A stretch of 64,000 nucleotides of DNA from Squalus acanthias (taxonomy: Eukaryota). Position numbers and translations under genes: made by a program. The notes under the pieces were generated by a model. The model saw only the letters and a list, made by a program, of their open reading frames with translations, did no database searches and was not told the origin of the DNA. The stretch lies in assembly GCA_030390025.1 (NCBI GenBank), contig CM059433.1:1240001-1304000 (forward strand), read 5' to 3'. Shown here piece after piece: positions 23,791 through 34,599 of the stretch; position 1 is the stretch's first letter; each line of letters opens with the position of its first letter.

Positions 23791-24046
23791 TTGTGAGCTG
23801 CTGCTCATTTTGCATCCAGGTCCTCTCACAGCAAAAGGCCAGGCAGTGTCTGAAAGCCTTCAATGCAGCAGCAATGATGACATCATCAGAGGCGACTTTC
23901 AGACTGAAACCACTAATTGGTTCATGGGTTCCCACATGCTGGAACTCAATTGCCCAATTAAGTGAAAATTGCATCAATCTCCCACATCCAATTTCAGTCG
24001 GGTGGATAACACGACCCCAACCCGCCCCAGTATCAAAATCCAGCCC
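23303..24046. mobile_element. Harbinger-type MITE
   Basis: Perfect TIR gggctggatttt / aaaatccagccc; exact TSD ATA (23300-23302, 24047-24049); internal (CT)n at ~23752-23791. Confidence 0.9.
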
Positions 24047-24337
24047 ATAGAGTAGAGAAAGCAGAAGCTCTGACCACAATTGATGGCCTAGAAATTGGTC
24101 CATTTTATAAGGCACTACTTGGACTACGAGGGCACCAATATGGCGGGCAAGAAGCGTGTGCACATTGCTAGCTGGAAGCGCGCCACCCGCCATATTGGGT
24201 AAGGACAGAAGATGTGTGTCCTTTACTCATGCTTGAAACAAGCATTTGGCCCTTTGCCTGTGGAGAGATGGGGCCTAATGCCTGTTTGAGACCCCCCTCT
24301 CAGATTGGTTTGCCCTGAGGCAGTCGGCACCAGTGAG

Positions 24338-24445
24338 AAATGACTCCTCCAATGACTCAGTGAGTAAATGCACCATGCAGTGCGGTCCTGAGCAATACAG
24401 ACAAGGAAGGTTCTGGGCTCAATCCTTATCTGTGTGGAATAGCTC
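24338..24445 (+). mobile_element. LF-SINE-like 5' fragment
   Basis: ctcagtgagtaaatgcacc...ctgagcaatacagacaaggaaggttctgggctcaatccttatctgtg; similar to the heads of the 44935 and 55745 copies. Confidence 0.55.
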
Positions 24446-24844
24446 AGTTTTACACTCGATGGGTCCTTTATCAAATGAGCAATCAAAGGAATTTAATGAT
24501 AAAAATGCACTTTGAAAGTTCACTCTGTGGCTAAAATAATGTGTTGCCATATAAAATTTCCTCAGCATCTCACATGCCAGCTGACTCTTCCAGCAGAGCA
24601 TGTACGTAAAGTCCCTAAAATCGCCTTGAGATGGTATTTTAACAATACTGTTTGGTAGAGGTACTTGCTCATTCAACGGAATGAATATTTAAAATATAAT
24701 TTCTATGAATTTGCAAGAGGCTTTTTGCAGGAGCTGACTGAAATTCCTGTGGGCGATCGAGGATACCTCGAATGACAATCTACAGACGCTGCAACCATTT
24801 CTTCCCCCTGCAAACAGCATTTTATTTAAAACAAAAATCACACT

Positions 24845-25373
24845 GGGATCTATTTTGTCTTCTGGGCGACTGATGGATGAAGCACGGTGGTTGGCCACCC
24901 ATTGCGGCAGTGATTTCGAGGCGAGTTGTGGGGCATGAAACAGGCATCCCCCGGTGCAGCCACCAGCAAAGTAAGCTGCAGGGTGAGTCGGGGGTGGGAG
25001 AGGTGATCGTGGAGGGTGGGGGTCCCCCCCCCGGCTGCATCAGTAAGATTAATGGCCAAGATTATTTGAGTGGGCACCAGAGCAGCGCTAATAAAATAAT
25101 TTGACACTTCCTTTTTAGTGGGTTTCTTCGGTTCCATTGCCTGGAGCACTACCAGGTTTGACATTGGGGATCCTATTTACATGACAGGACCCCGATTTCC
25201 ATATCGAAAGGAGCCTATCGCCTGGAACAGGAAAGCGCTTTGGACACCCGGCACTAGGCCCCTTTCAAAATGGAACGGGCCGTATCGCCGGTGCTAGCAG
25301 GAAACACGCTGCGGCCACTCGCCCCATTGTGAGGTCGTTAGCGCCCCGGTTAACGCCAGGCTAAATCGACCCC
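24845..25373. mobile_element. Harbinger-type MITE
   Basis: Termini gggatctattt / aaatcgacccc; exact TSD ACT (24842-24844, 25374-25376). Confidence 0.75.
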
Positions 25374-26132
25374 ACTGAGTGAACTTGTTTAAAGGCAGTT
25401 TGGATACTGAAGCTCCTTTTATAATGAAACATTTATAATAACCGGATTTACTTTCCCTGAAACTGTAAAAGAGTGTCTCTCCTATTGTGAAAATATTATC
25501 TGCTGATGGGTAAACTCCCAGCGCTAATCCGCCAATGCTGAACCCATAAAGAGCAGTGGAATGTGTCTCATAGATCAATAGAAGCAAAGGCCTGCAGTCA
25601 TAGAGCACTTCATCTAATGTCGGCATGCTGACTAATTCTCTTAATTACACATTTTAAAATGTTCACTCAGCTTCAAATACGAGAAACAGTTGGTTCCTCC
25701 ATCGTGTTGGCTTTTGCAGAGTGTAAGAGATCAGTGTTGTTTTTTTCTACATTATAGTTTTGTCTTTGGAGACTAACAGCGTGGGTATTCCTGATCCAAA
25801 CTGTCCCAGTAATCCTGGACAAGCTTTGCTAAGCAGCCAAAGAACACAGATGGATCCATTAAATTGACGGGGATGGAGTACACATTCTAACTCGGCCATC
25901 TAGGTTGAGACCACCATATGTTAGCTGCCTTCCCCACTCCAGGTTGAAATAATATACATTCCCAGCAGCATCCATGGGACAATGACAGGAAAGTTTCCTC
26001 ATTAAACCATTGGGGATAGGATCCATCCTCGTAAACTGACCATCAGGAAGCACAGCCACATCTCACCAAACTCTCAGAAGTTTCATTCAGAAGGGTCTGA
26101 TTTGACAAATGCACATGACCGGCAGGAAGACA

Positions 26133-26270
26133 TAAGCAAAATACTGCGGATGCTGGAAATCTGAAACAAAAACAGAAAATGCTGGAAACACTCGGCAGGT
26201 CAGGTAGCATCTGTGGAGAGAGAAACAGAGTTAACGTTTCAGGTCGGTGACCTTTTGCCAGAACGGGAGA
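26133..26270 (-). mobile_element. Penelope-type terminal repeat fragment (family 2) with degenerate hammerhead
   Basis: Minus strand reads gtt-ctggcaa-a-aggtc-acc-gacct-gaaa-cgtt-aac, then tctgtttctctctccacagatgct... Confidence 0.7.
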
Positions 26271-26765
26271 AGAGCAGAACTTCTTCATGGATACGAAATT
26301 GACTAAGTGACAGGAAACAGAGATTAGTGATGAACGGTTGTTTTTCGGACTGGAGGAAGGTATACAGTGGTGTTCCCCAGGAGTCGGGTCTAGGACCACT
26401 GGTTTTCTTGATATATATTAATGACGTAGACTTGGGTGTACAGGGCACAATTTCAAAATTTGCAAATGGCATAAAACTTGGAAGTATAGTGAACAGTGAG
26501 GAGGATAGTGATAGACTTCAGGAAGACATAGACAGGCTGGTGGAATGGGCGGACACGTGACAGATGAAATTTAATGCAGAAAAGTGCAAAGTGATACATT
26601 TTGGTAGGAAGAACGAGGAGAGGCAATATAAACTAAAGGGTACAATCCTAAAGGGGCTGCATGAACAGAGAGACCTGGGGGTATATATGCACCAATCATT
26701 GAAGGTGGCAGGGCAGGTTGAGAAAGCGGTTAAAAAAGCTTACGGGATCCTGCGCTTCATAAATA

Positions 26766-28527
26766 TTGCAAAGAACTATTGCAAAGACTATTGCAAAGAA
26801 GCATACCGACAACTGGACAACCAGGAACACTACAGACAGCTACCCGCAGATCCGACCAAAGAACACACCCGCCAACTCAATAGACTGATCAAGACCTTCG
26901 ATCCAGACCTTCAAAACATCCTACACGCTCTCATTCCACGTACTCCCCTCGTAGGAGACTTTTACTGCCTCCCAAAGATACACAAAGCCAACACACCCGG
27001 ACGTCCTATCAAATCAGGCAACGGAACCCTGTGTGAGAACCTCTCTGGGTACGTCGAGGGCATCCTGAAACCCATCGTACAGGGAACCCCCAGCTTCTGT
27101 CGCGACACTACAGACTTCTTGCAGAAACTCAGCACCCATGGACCAGTTCTCGCCACGAGGGACGTATCGGCACTCTACACCAATATCCCCCACGATGACG
27201 GCATCGCTGCGACAGCCTCAGTACTCAACACCAACAACAGCCAATCTCCAGACGCCATCCTACAACTCATCCGCTTCATCCTTGACCACAATGTCTTCAC
27301 CTTCGACAACCAGTTTTTTACCCAAACACACGGAACAGCCATGGGACCAAATTCGCACCCCAATACGCCAACATCTTCATGCACAAGTTTGAGCAAGACT
27401 TCTTCGCTGCACAGGACCTCCAACCAACGCTGTACACCAGATACATCGACGACATCTTCTTCCTTTGGACCCACGGCGAAGGATCACTGAAAGGACTACA
27501 CGATAACATCAACAGGTTCCATCCCACCATCAAACTCACCATGGACTACTCCTCAGAATCGGTTTCATTCTTGGACACACGAATCTCCATCAAAGACAGA
27601 CGCCTCAGCACTTCACTCTACCGCAAGCCCACGGACAACCTCACGATGCTCCACTTCTCCAGCTTCCACCCTAACCACGTTAAAGAAGCCATCCCCTATG
27701 GACAAGCCCTGCGAATACACAGGATCTGCTCAGACGAGGAGGAACGCGATGGACACCTACGGACACTGAAAGACGCCCTCGTAAGAATGGGATATGACGC
27801 TCGTCTCGTCGATCAACAGTTCTGACGGGCCACAGCGAAAAACCGCATAGACCTCCTCAGAAGGCGAACACGGGACACAACCAACAGAGTACCCTACGTC
27901 GTCCAGTACTTCCCCGGAGCGGAGAAACTACGCCATGTTCTTCGCAGCCTTCAACATGTCATCGATGACGACGAACACCTTGCTAAGGCCATCCCCACGC
28001 CTCCACTACTCGCCTTCAAGCAGCCGCCTAACCTCAAAAGTACCATCGTTCGCAGCAAATTACCCAGCTGTCAGGAGAACAGCGACCACGACACCACACA
28101 ACCCTGCCACGGCAACCTCTGCAAGACATGCCAGATCATGAACACAGATACCGTCATCACACGTGAGGACACTACCCACCAGGTACATGGTACATACTCA
28201 TGTGACTCGGCCAACGTTGTCTACCTGATACGTTGCAGGAAAGGATGCCCCGGAGCATGGTACATCGGCGAGACCATGCAGACACTGAGACAACGTATGA
28301 ATGGACACCGCGCAACAATCGCCAGGCAGAATTGTTACCTCCCAGTCGGGGAACACTTCAGCAGTCAAGGACATTCAGCCTCGGATCTGCGGGTAAGCGT
28401 TCTCCAAGGCGGCCTTCGAGACACACGACAACGCAAAATCATCGAGCAGAAACTGATAGCCAAGTTCCGCACCCATGAGGATGGCCTCAATAGGGATATC
28501 GGGTTCATGTCACGCTACAGAACGTGA
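26766..28527 (+). pseudogene. Penelope RT + GIY-YIG endonuclease ORF (a frameshift near 27345 and an in-frame TGA at 27823)
   Basis: YCLPKIHK..PGRPI, DVSALYTNIPH, GTAMG, YIDDIFF, FLD, YRKPT; Cys linker PCHGNLCKTC; GIY-YIG motif NVVYLIRC...WYIGET..LRQRMNGHR..EQKLI..GLN. Confidence 0.92.
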
Positions 28528-28768
28528 CTCGACATCGTTGTCTGTCTTTCCAGTTTTAAAAAAAAACACAAAAACCTCCCCCCAAAAAAAAGGGTTAAAA
28601 GCTCAACTGCAGACAGCAGGATTTGACACGTTGGACCCCCTGTGACTCATCTCATTGTCTTGGCTGTGCTCTGGTGTGTCTTTGATGTAAGGCCTCCCTG
28701 AAAGATTGTATCTCTGCAGTTTCTGTGTTTATATACTGTGTAATATTGTAGATTCACTCATTGTACTT

Positions 28769-28806
28769 TTACCTGACGATGGGGCGACAGCTCCGAAAGC
28801 TTGTAA
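28769..28806 (+). ncRNA. Minimal type I hammerhead ribozyme in the Penelope 3' repeat
   Basis: Stem I ttac/gtaa, core CUGACGA, stem II ggggc-gaca-gctcc, GAAA, palindromic AAGCUU in place of stem III; predicted cleavage after CUU (28802). Confidence 0.85.
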
Positions 28807-29294
28807 TTTTAAATAAATCTGTTGGACTATAACCTGGTGTTGTGCGACTTCTCATTTTCATAAATAGAGGCATAGAGTACAAAAGCAAGGAAGTTATTAT
28901 GAAACTTCATAAAACACTGGTTTGGCCTCAACTGGAGTATTGTGACCATTTCTGGGCACCGCACTTTAGGAAGGATGTGAAGGCCTTACAGAGGGTGCAG
29001 AAAAGATTTATGAGAATGGTTCCAGGGATGAGGAACTTCAGTTACGTGGATAGACTGAAGAAGCTGGTGTTGTTCTCCTTAGAGCAGAAAACGTTGAGAG
29101 GAGATTTGATAAGGTGTTCAAAATCATGAAGGGTCTAGACAGAGTAGATAGAGAGAAACTGTTCCCATTGGCGGAAAGGGTCGAGAACCAGAGGACACAG
29201 ATTTAAGGTGATTGGCAAAAGAACCAAAGGCGACATGAGGAAAAGCTTTTTTCACAGCGAGTGGTTAGGATATGGAATGCACTGCCTTTTTTAA

Positions 29295-32005
29295 AAATTT
29301 GCTTATTGGATCTGGGCATCGCTGGCGAGGCCAGCATTTATTGCCCCATCCCTAGTTGCCCTTGAGAAGGTAGTGGTGAGCTGCCTTCTTGAACCGCTGC
29401 AGTCTGTGTGGTGAAGGTACTCCCACAGTGCTGTTAGGTAGGGAGTTCCAGGATTTTGACCCAGCGACGATGATGGATCGGCGATATACTTCTAAGTCAG
29501 GATGGTGTGTGACTTGGAGGAAAACTTGGAGGTGGTGGTGTTCCCATGCGCCTGCTGCCCTTCTCCTTCTAGGTGGAAGAGGTCGCTGGTTTGGGAGGTG
29601 CTACCGAAGAAGCCTTGGCGAGTTGCTGCAGTGCATCTTGTAGATGGTACATATTGCAGCCACGGTACGCCGGTGGTGGAGGGAGTGAATGTTTAAGGTG
29701 GTGGATGGGGTGCCAATCAAGTGGGCTGCTTTGTCCTGGATGGTGTTGAGCTTCTTGAGTGTTGTTGGAGCTGCACTCATCCAGGCAAGTGGAGAGTATT
29801 CCATCACACTCCTTACTTGTGCCTTGTAGATGGTGGAAAGGCTTTGGGGAGTCAGGAGGTGAGACACTCGCCGCAGAATACCTAGCCTCTGACCTGTTCT
29901 TGTTGCCACAGTTATTTATGTGGCTGGTCCAGTTAAGTTTCTGGTCAATGGTGACCCCCAGGATGTTGATGGTGGGGGATTTGGCGATGGTAATGCCGTT
30001 GAATGTCATGGGGAGGTGGTTAGACTCTCGCTTGTTGGAGATAGTCATTGCCGGGCACTTCTGTGGCGCGAATGTTACCTGCCACTTATCAGCTCAAGCC
30101 TGAACATCGTCCAGGTCTTGTTGCATGCGGGCGTGGACTGCTTCATTATCTGAGGAGTTGTGAATGGCGCTGAACACTGTGCAGTCATCAGCGAACATCC
30201 CCATTTCTGACCTTATGTTGGAGGGAAGGTCATTGATGAAGCAGCTGAAGATGGTTGGGCCTAGGACACTGCCCTGAGGAACTCCTGCAGTGATGTCCTG
30301 GGGCTGTGATGATTGACCTGCAACCACCACAACCATCTTCCTTTGTGCTAGGTATGACTACAGCCAGTGCAGAGTTTTCCCCCTGATTCCCATTGACTTC
30401 AATTTTACTAGGGCTCCTTGATGCCACACTCGGTCAAATGCTGCCTTGATGTCAAGGGCAGTCACTCTCACCTCACCTCTGGAATTCAGCTCCTTTGTCC
30501 ATGTTTGGACCAAGGCTGTAATGAGGTCGGGAGCCGAGTGGTCCTGGTGGAACCCAAACTGGGCATCAGTGAGCAGGTTATTGGTGAGTAAGTGTCGTTT
30601 GATAGCACTGTCAATGACACCTTCCATCACTTTGCTGATGATTGAGAGTAGACTGATGGGGCAGTAATTGGCCTGGTGGATTTGTCCTGCTTTTTGTGGA
30701 CAGGACATACCTGGGCAGTTTTCCACATTGTCGGATAGATGCCAGTGTTGTAGCTGTACTGGATCAGCTTGGCTAGAGGTGCGGCTAGTTCTGGAGCACA
30801 AGTCTTCAGCACGATAGCCGGGATGTTGTCGGGGCCCATAGCCTTTGCTGTATCCAGTGCGCTCAGCCGTTTCTTGATATCACGTGGAGTGAATCGAATT
30901 GGCTGAAGACTGGCTTCTGTGATGGTGGAGACCTCAGGAGGACGCCGATATGGATCATCCACTCGGCACTTCTGGCTGAAGATGGTTGCAAACGCTTCAG
31001 CCTTGTCTTTTGCACTCACGTGCTGGGCACCACCATCATTGAGGATGGGGATATCATGGAGCCTCCTCCTCCCGTTAGTTGTTTAATGGTCCACAACCAT
31101 TCACGACTGATCTGATCTGTTGATTGTGGGATCGCTTAGCCCTGACTATAGCATGCTGCTTCCACATTTTAGCATGCATGTAGTCCTGTGTTGCAGCTTC
31201 CCAAGGTTGGCATCTCATTTTTAGGTACGCCTGGTGCTGCTCCTGGCATGCCCTTCTGCACTCCTTATTGAACCAGGATTGGTCCCATGGCTTGGTGGTA
31301 ATGGTAGAGTGAGGGAATATGCCGGACCATGAGGTTACAGATTGTGGTGGAATACAATTCTGCTGCTGCTGATGGCCCACAGCGCCTCATGGATGCCCAG
31401 TTTTGAGCTGCTAGATCTGTTCTCAATCTATCCCATTTAGCATGGTGATAGTGCCACACAACAAGATGGAGGGTGTCCTCAGTGTGAAGACGGGACTTCG
31501 TCTCCACAATAAATAAGGGTGGTCACTGCTACCAATACTGTCATGGGCAGATGCATCTGCAACAGGTAGATTGGTGAGGACGAGGTCAAGTAGGTTTTTC
31601 CCTGGTGTTGGTTCTCTCACCACCTGTCGCGGGCCCAGACTGGCAGTTAAGTCCTTCAAGACTCGGCCAGCTTGGTCAGTAGTGGTGCTACCGAGCCACT
31701 CTTGGTGATGGACATTGAAGTCCCCACTCAGAGTACATTCTGTGCCCTTGCTACCCTCGGTGCTTCTTCCAAGCGGTGTTCAACATGGAGGAGTACTGAT
31801 TCATCAGCTGAGGGAGGGCGGTAGGTGGTGATCAGCAGGAGGTTTCCTTGCCCATGCTTGACCTGAAGCCATGAGACTTCATGGGGTCTGGAGTCAATGT
31901 TGAGGACTCCCAGGACCACTCCTTCCCGACTGTATACCACTGTGCCGGTGGGACAGGACATACCCAGGAATGGTGATGGAGGAGTTTGGGACATTGGCTA
32001 AAAGG
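29295..32005 (-). mobile_element. CR1-group LINE family B (APE + RT), 5'-truncated, 2.7 kb
   Basis: APE motifs YRPPS and NLLDLVLTN; RT motifs KAMGPDNIP, QFGFHQDHSAPD, LDIKAAFDRVWH, GVPQGSVLGP, MFADD, ILGVTIDQKLNW; many frameshifts. Confidence 0.92.
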
Positions 32006-32009
32006 TATG

Positions 32010-33570
32010 TCGTCGGTGGCGGGTCCTGACCCCGCAGCTGTCTCCATCCCGGCCTCTGAAATGACTTTCCCAAGAGTGGGCTTGTTAAGCCCGCCTAGCA
32101 CGTTGCCCAGCCAATTAGAGGAAGCGGGTCTGGTGACGTCATTTGATGACACATCATCAGACGGTTTCCTTAAAGGGACAATGGCCAAATTTAGTTTGAC
32201 AGTTGTGCTGTCGGTGTTCTACAGCATTGAAGTGCTGCAAACACTGACAATCACTGCACAGAGGTGCACGGCTGTACCCAGGGTCTCCCATGACTCCCTC
32301 CATATGCTTATGGCGGGAGTTACAGCACACAGGGAGGTTCTCTTTCCTTCCCATGGGCCTCTCATCACATCCCCATCACTCTGCCTTCCCTACCCTACTC
32401 CTGCACATCCTTACTCACACCAGCTTACCTTGCACCTCCACCCATCCCTCTCTATCTATATTATCACTTCCCCATCTCACTAGCCACCCCTCACACTCAC
32501 CCTCATCCTAGTGCAATCATACCAACTAACAACACACAAGGGTAGGCACTTGGCTGTTTTCTGTAATGTTCATGTAAAGATTCTGTTAATGTGGTGTCAA
32601 ACATTGAAACTTTTATTTTCAACACTTTGCGTTCTTGGACAGATTTGTGTGCCCCTTTGGAAGTGGCTTAGTGAGTTGTAGTGAATGGTGAGACATAACG
32701 GTACCCCCCGCAATGGCGATGGGTGTGAAAGAAATGGCTTGGTCATTGTAGGGATGGTTTATGGTGCTGGTGTGGGGTGGTGCCAACCTGGCACATCATG
32801 TGGCAGCCAGGGTGTACAGTGTCAAGTGAAGTAAATGTGGCCATGGTGAGGCCATCCCTGGCCTCCCGGGCAGCAATGTGGTCGGTTGCTGATGTCCTGT
32901 GTCCTGTGCAGCATCAGGTGATTGCGGAGAAGGTTGGTGTTGTTGTTGTTGGTGCTGCTGGTGTGCCTGGTGATGTTGGTGTTTGGGCTGATCGTGGTGG
33001 GATTCTGAGGACCACATTGAGAGAGTTTCAAGGGCATCCATGCTGATGGAATAGATGGCAGGTGAAGTAGAGATGACAGAAGCGATCTGTCAATGGTGGG
33101 AGAGGAAATTAGGTCAGACTGGATGGAGACTTGTGTAAAGGCTTGCAGCATCCTGAATCTGTAGTGGAAATGCAGTTTAGAGAATCTAGTGGTTAAGGGA
33201 ACATTTCTCAATCAACTGGGAGCTTTGACTTGACATTTGAAGCTGTCAACTCATCAGCTGATTCAATGGCCACTGACCTCCCGCCTCAGCTTCAGAGACG
33301 AGGTCTAGGTGCAGCGGGAAACCGGTGAGCAACCAGTCAAATCCAAAATGCTGGGAAAAAGCCATTGATAAGTGGCTGTAAACAGGCCACTAATGATTTT
33401 AATTGCCTCCCCCGCCGCTGCGTGTTGGGTCTGCTCAGCATTGACAGACCCGACATTTGGTAAAGGTGCATGGCGGGTTCACAGCGGGGTCCCGACCCGC
33501 TGGGGAAAAAATCATTTTCCCACCAAACCCACCACCGATCGCACCTGCTGACTCTCCCGGGGCGGGGCCT
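32010..33570. mobile_element. Internally deleted Harbinger derivative
   Basis: Plus strand PRVSHDSLHMLMAGVTAHREVLFPSHG resembles a Myb/SANT ORF N-terminus; minus strand AAREARDGLTMATFT* (~32823-32875) resembles the transposase C-terminal helix. Confidence 0.6.
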
Positions 33571-33572
33571 CA

Positions 33573-33673
33573 TTTAACATCTCATCTGTTAAATGGCACC
33601 TCCAGCAGTGCAGTATTCCCTCAGTATTGCACTGGAGTGTCAGCCGAGATTTTGTGCTCAAATCTCTGGAGTG
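33573..33673 (-). mobile_element. DeuSINE fragment, inverted relative to its neighbour
   Basis: Reverse complement of 33720-33820. Confidence 0.8.
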
Positions 33674-33674
33674 T

Positions 33675-34125
33675 GTAGCACCCGCACCACTGAGTCAGAA
33701 GGTTGTGGGTTCAAGTCCCGCTTCAGAGACTTGAACACAGAAATCTAGGCTGACACTCCAGTGCAATACTGAGGGAGTGCTGCACTGTCGGAGGTGCCAT
33801 ATTTCAGATGAGTTGTTAAACCGAGGTCCTGTCTGCTCTCTCAGCTAGACGTAAAAGTTCCCATGGCACTATTCGAAGAAGAGCAGGGGAGTTCTCCCCA
33901 GTGTCCTGGCCAATATTTATCCCTCAATCAACAGAACAAAAAACAGTTAATCTGGTCATTATCACATTGCTGTTTGTGGGAGCTTGTTATGCACAAATTG
34001 GCTGCCGCGTTTCCTAAATTACAACAGTGACTCCACTTCAAAAGTAATTAATTGGCTGTAAAGCACTTTGGGACGTACTGAGGTTGTGAAAGGCGCTATA
34101 TAAATGCAAGTCTTTCTTTTTTCTT
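33675..34125 (+). mobile_element. DeuSINE (SacSINE1-like)
   Basis: Same head, core and tail as 10041-10489. Confidence 0.9.
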
Positions 34126-34599
34126 TCAGATTGGCCCTCCATTATACAACACAACAATTTTCCCTTTCATTGTCTTCAGGCGGGGCATATAACAGGCAGC
34201 TGATCCGATACCGAGAGTTTACTGCCCCCGCCAAAGTTGAACGTTACCCCCAGAGAATATCACTTTCAAATCTCCCCTTCAAATACTAGCAAGACTTTCA
34301 GATTAAGCTATGTGGACGGGGGTGGGGGGGGGGGGGGTTTAATGGACTGAAAATCATTCAGGCTTCGTCCTCATCATGTGAAGCTCTGTCATTGTAAAAT
34401 GTATCCTTTAACCTTCAATGACCTCCAATCCTGTTCCCAGCCAGCTTTGGATACAGTCAGTTCTGAGAATCATTCAAGAACCATTTACTCATGTTCAGCC
34501 CATAGAAACATAGAAACATAGAAGATAGGAGCAGGAGTAGGCCATTCGGCCCTTCAAGCCTGCTCCGCCATTCAGTGAGATCATGGCTGATCATCAAAT

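Larger units (their letters stand above)
22455..24082 (+). mobile_element. Old CR1 ORF2 fragments interrupted by MITEs
   Basis: CR1-type segments: ccttattttgcatcagttttta (~22573), ctcaaagtggataagtcactgggacct (LKVDKSLGP, ~23240) and gaagctctgaccacaat (~24065). Confidence 0.6.
26766..28856 (+). mobile_element. Penelope-like element (Neptune type), 5'-truncated, with 3' terminal repeat
   Basis: TSD ttcataaata (26756-26765, 28857-28866); RT and GIY-YIG coding region; 3' UTR with hammerhead and AATAAA. Confidence 0.93.
26280..29287 (+). mobile_element. CR1 LINE RT C-terminal portion, split by a Penelope insertion
   Basis: SGVPQESGLGPLVFLIYIND, MKFNAEKCKVIHFG, RDLGVY..KAYGILRFIN; resumes at 28857 as INRGIEYKSKEV..PQLEYC..LEQKTLRGDLI. 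Confidence 0.92.

Noticed and set aside
26564..27490. Novel 308-aa reverse transcriptase gene
   Set aside because: Chance in-frame junction of CR1 and Penelope; it frameshifts before the YIDD motif.
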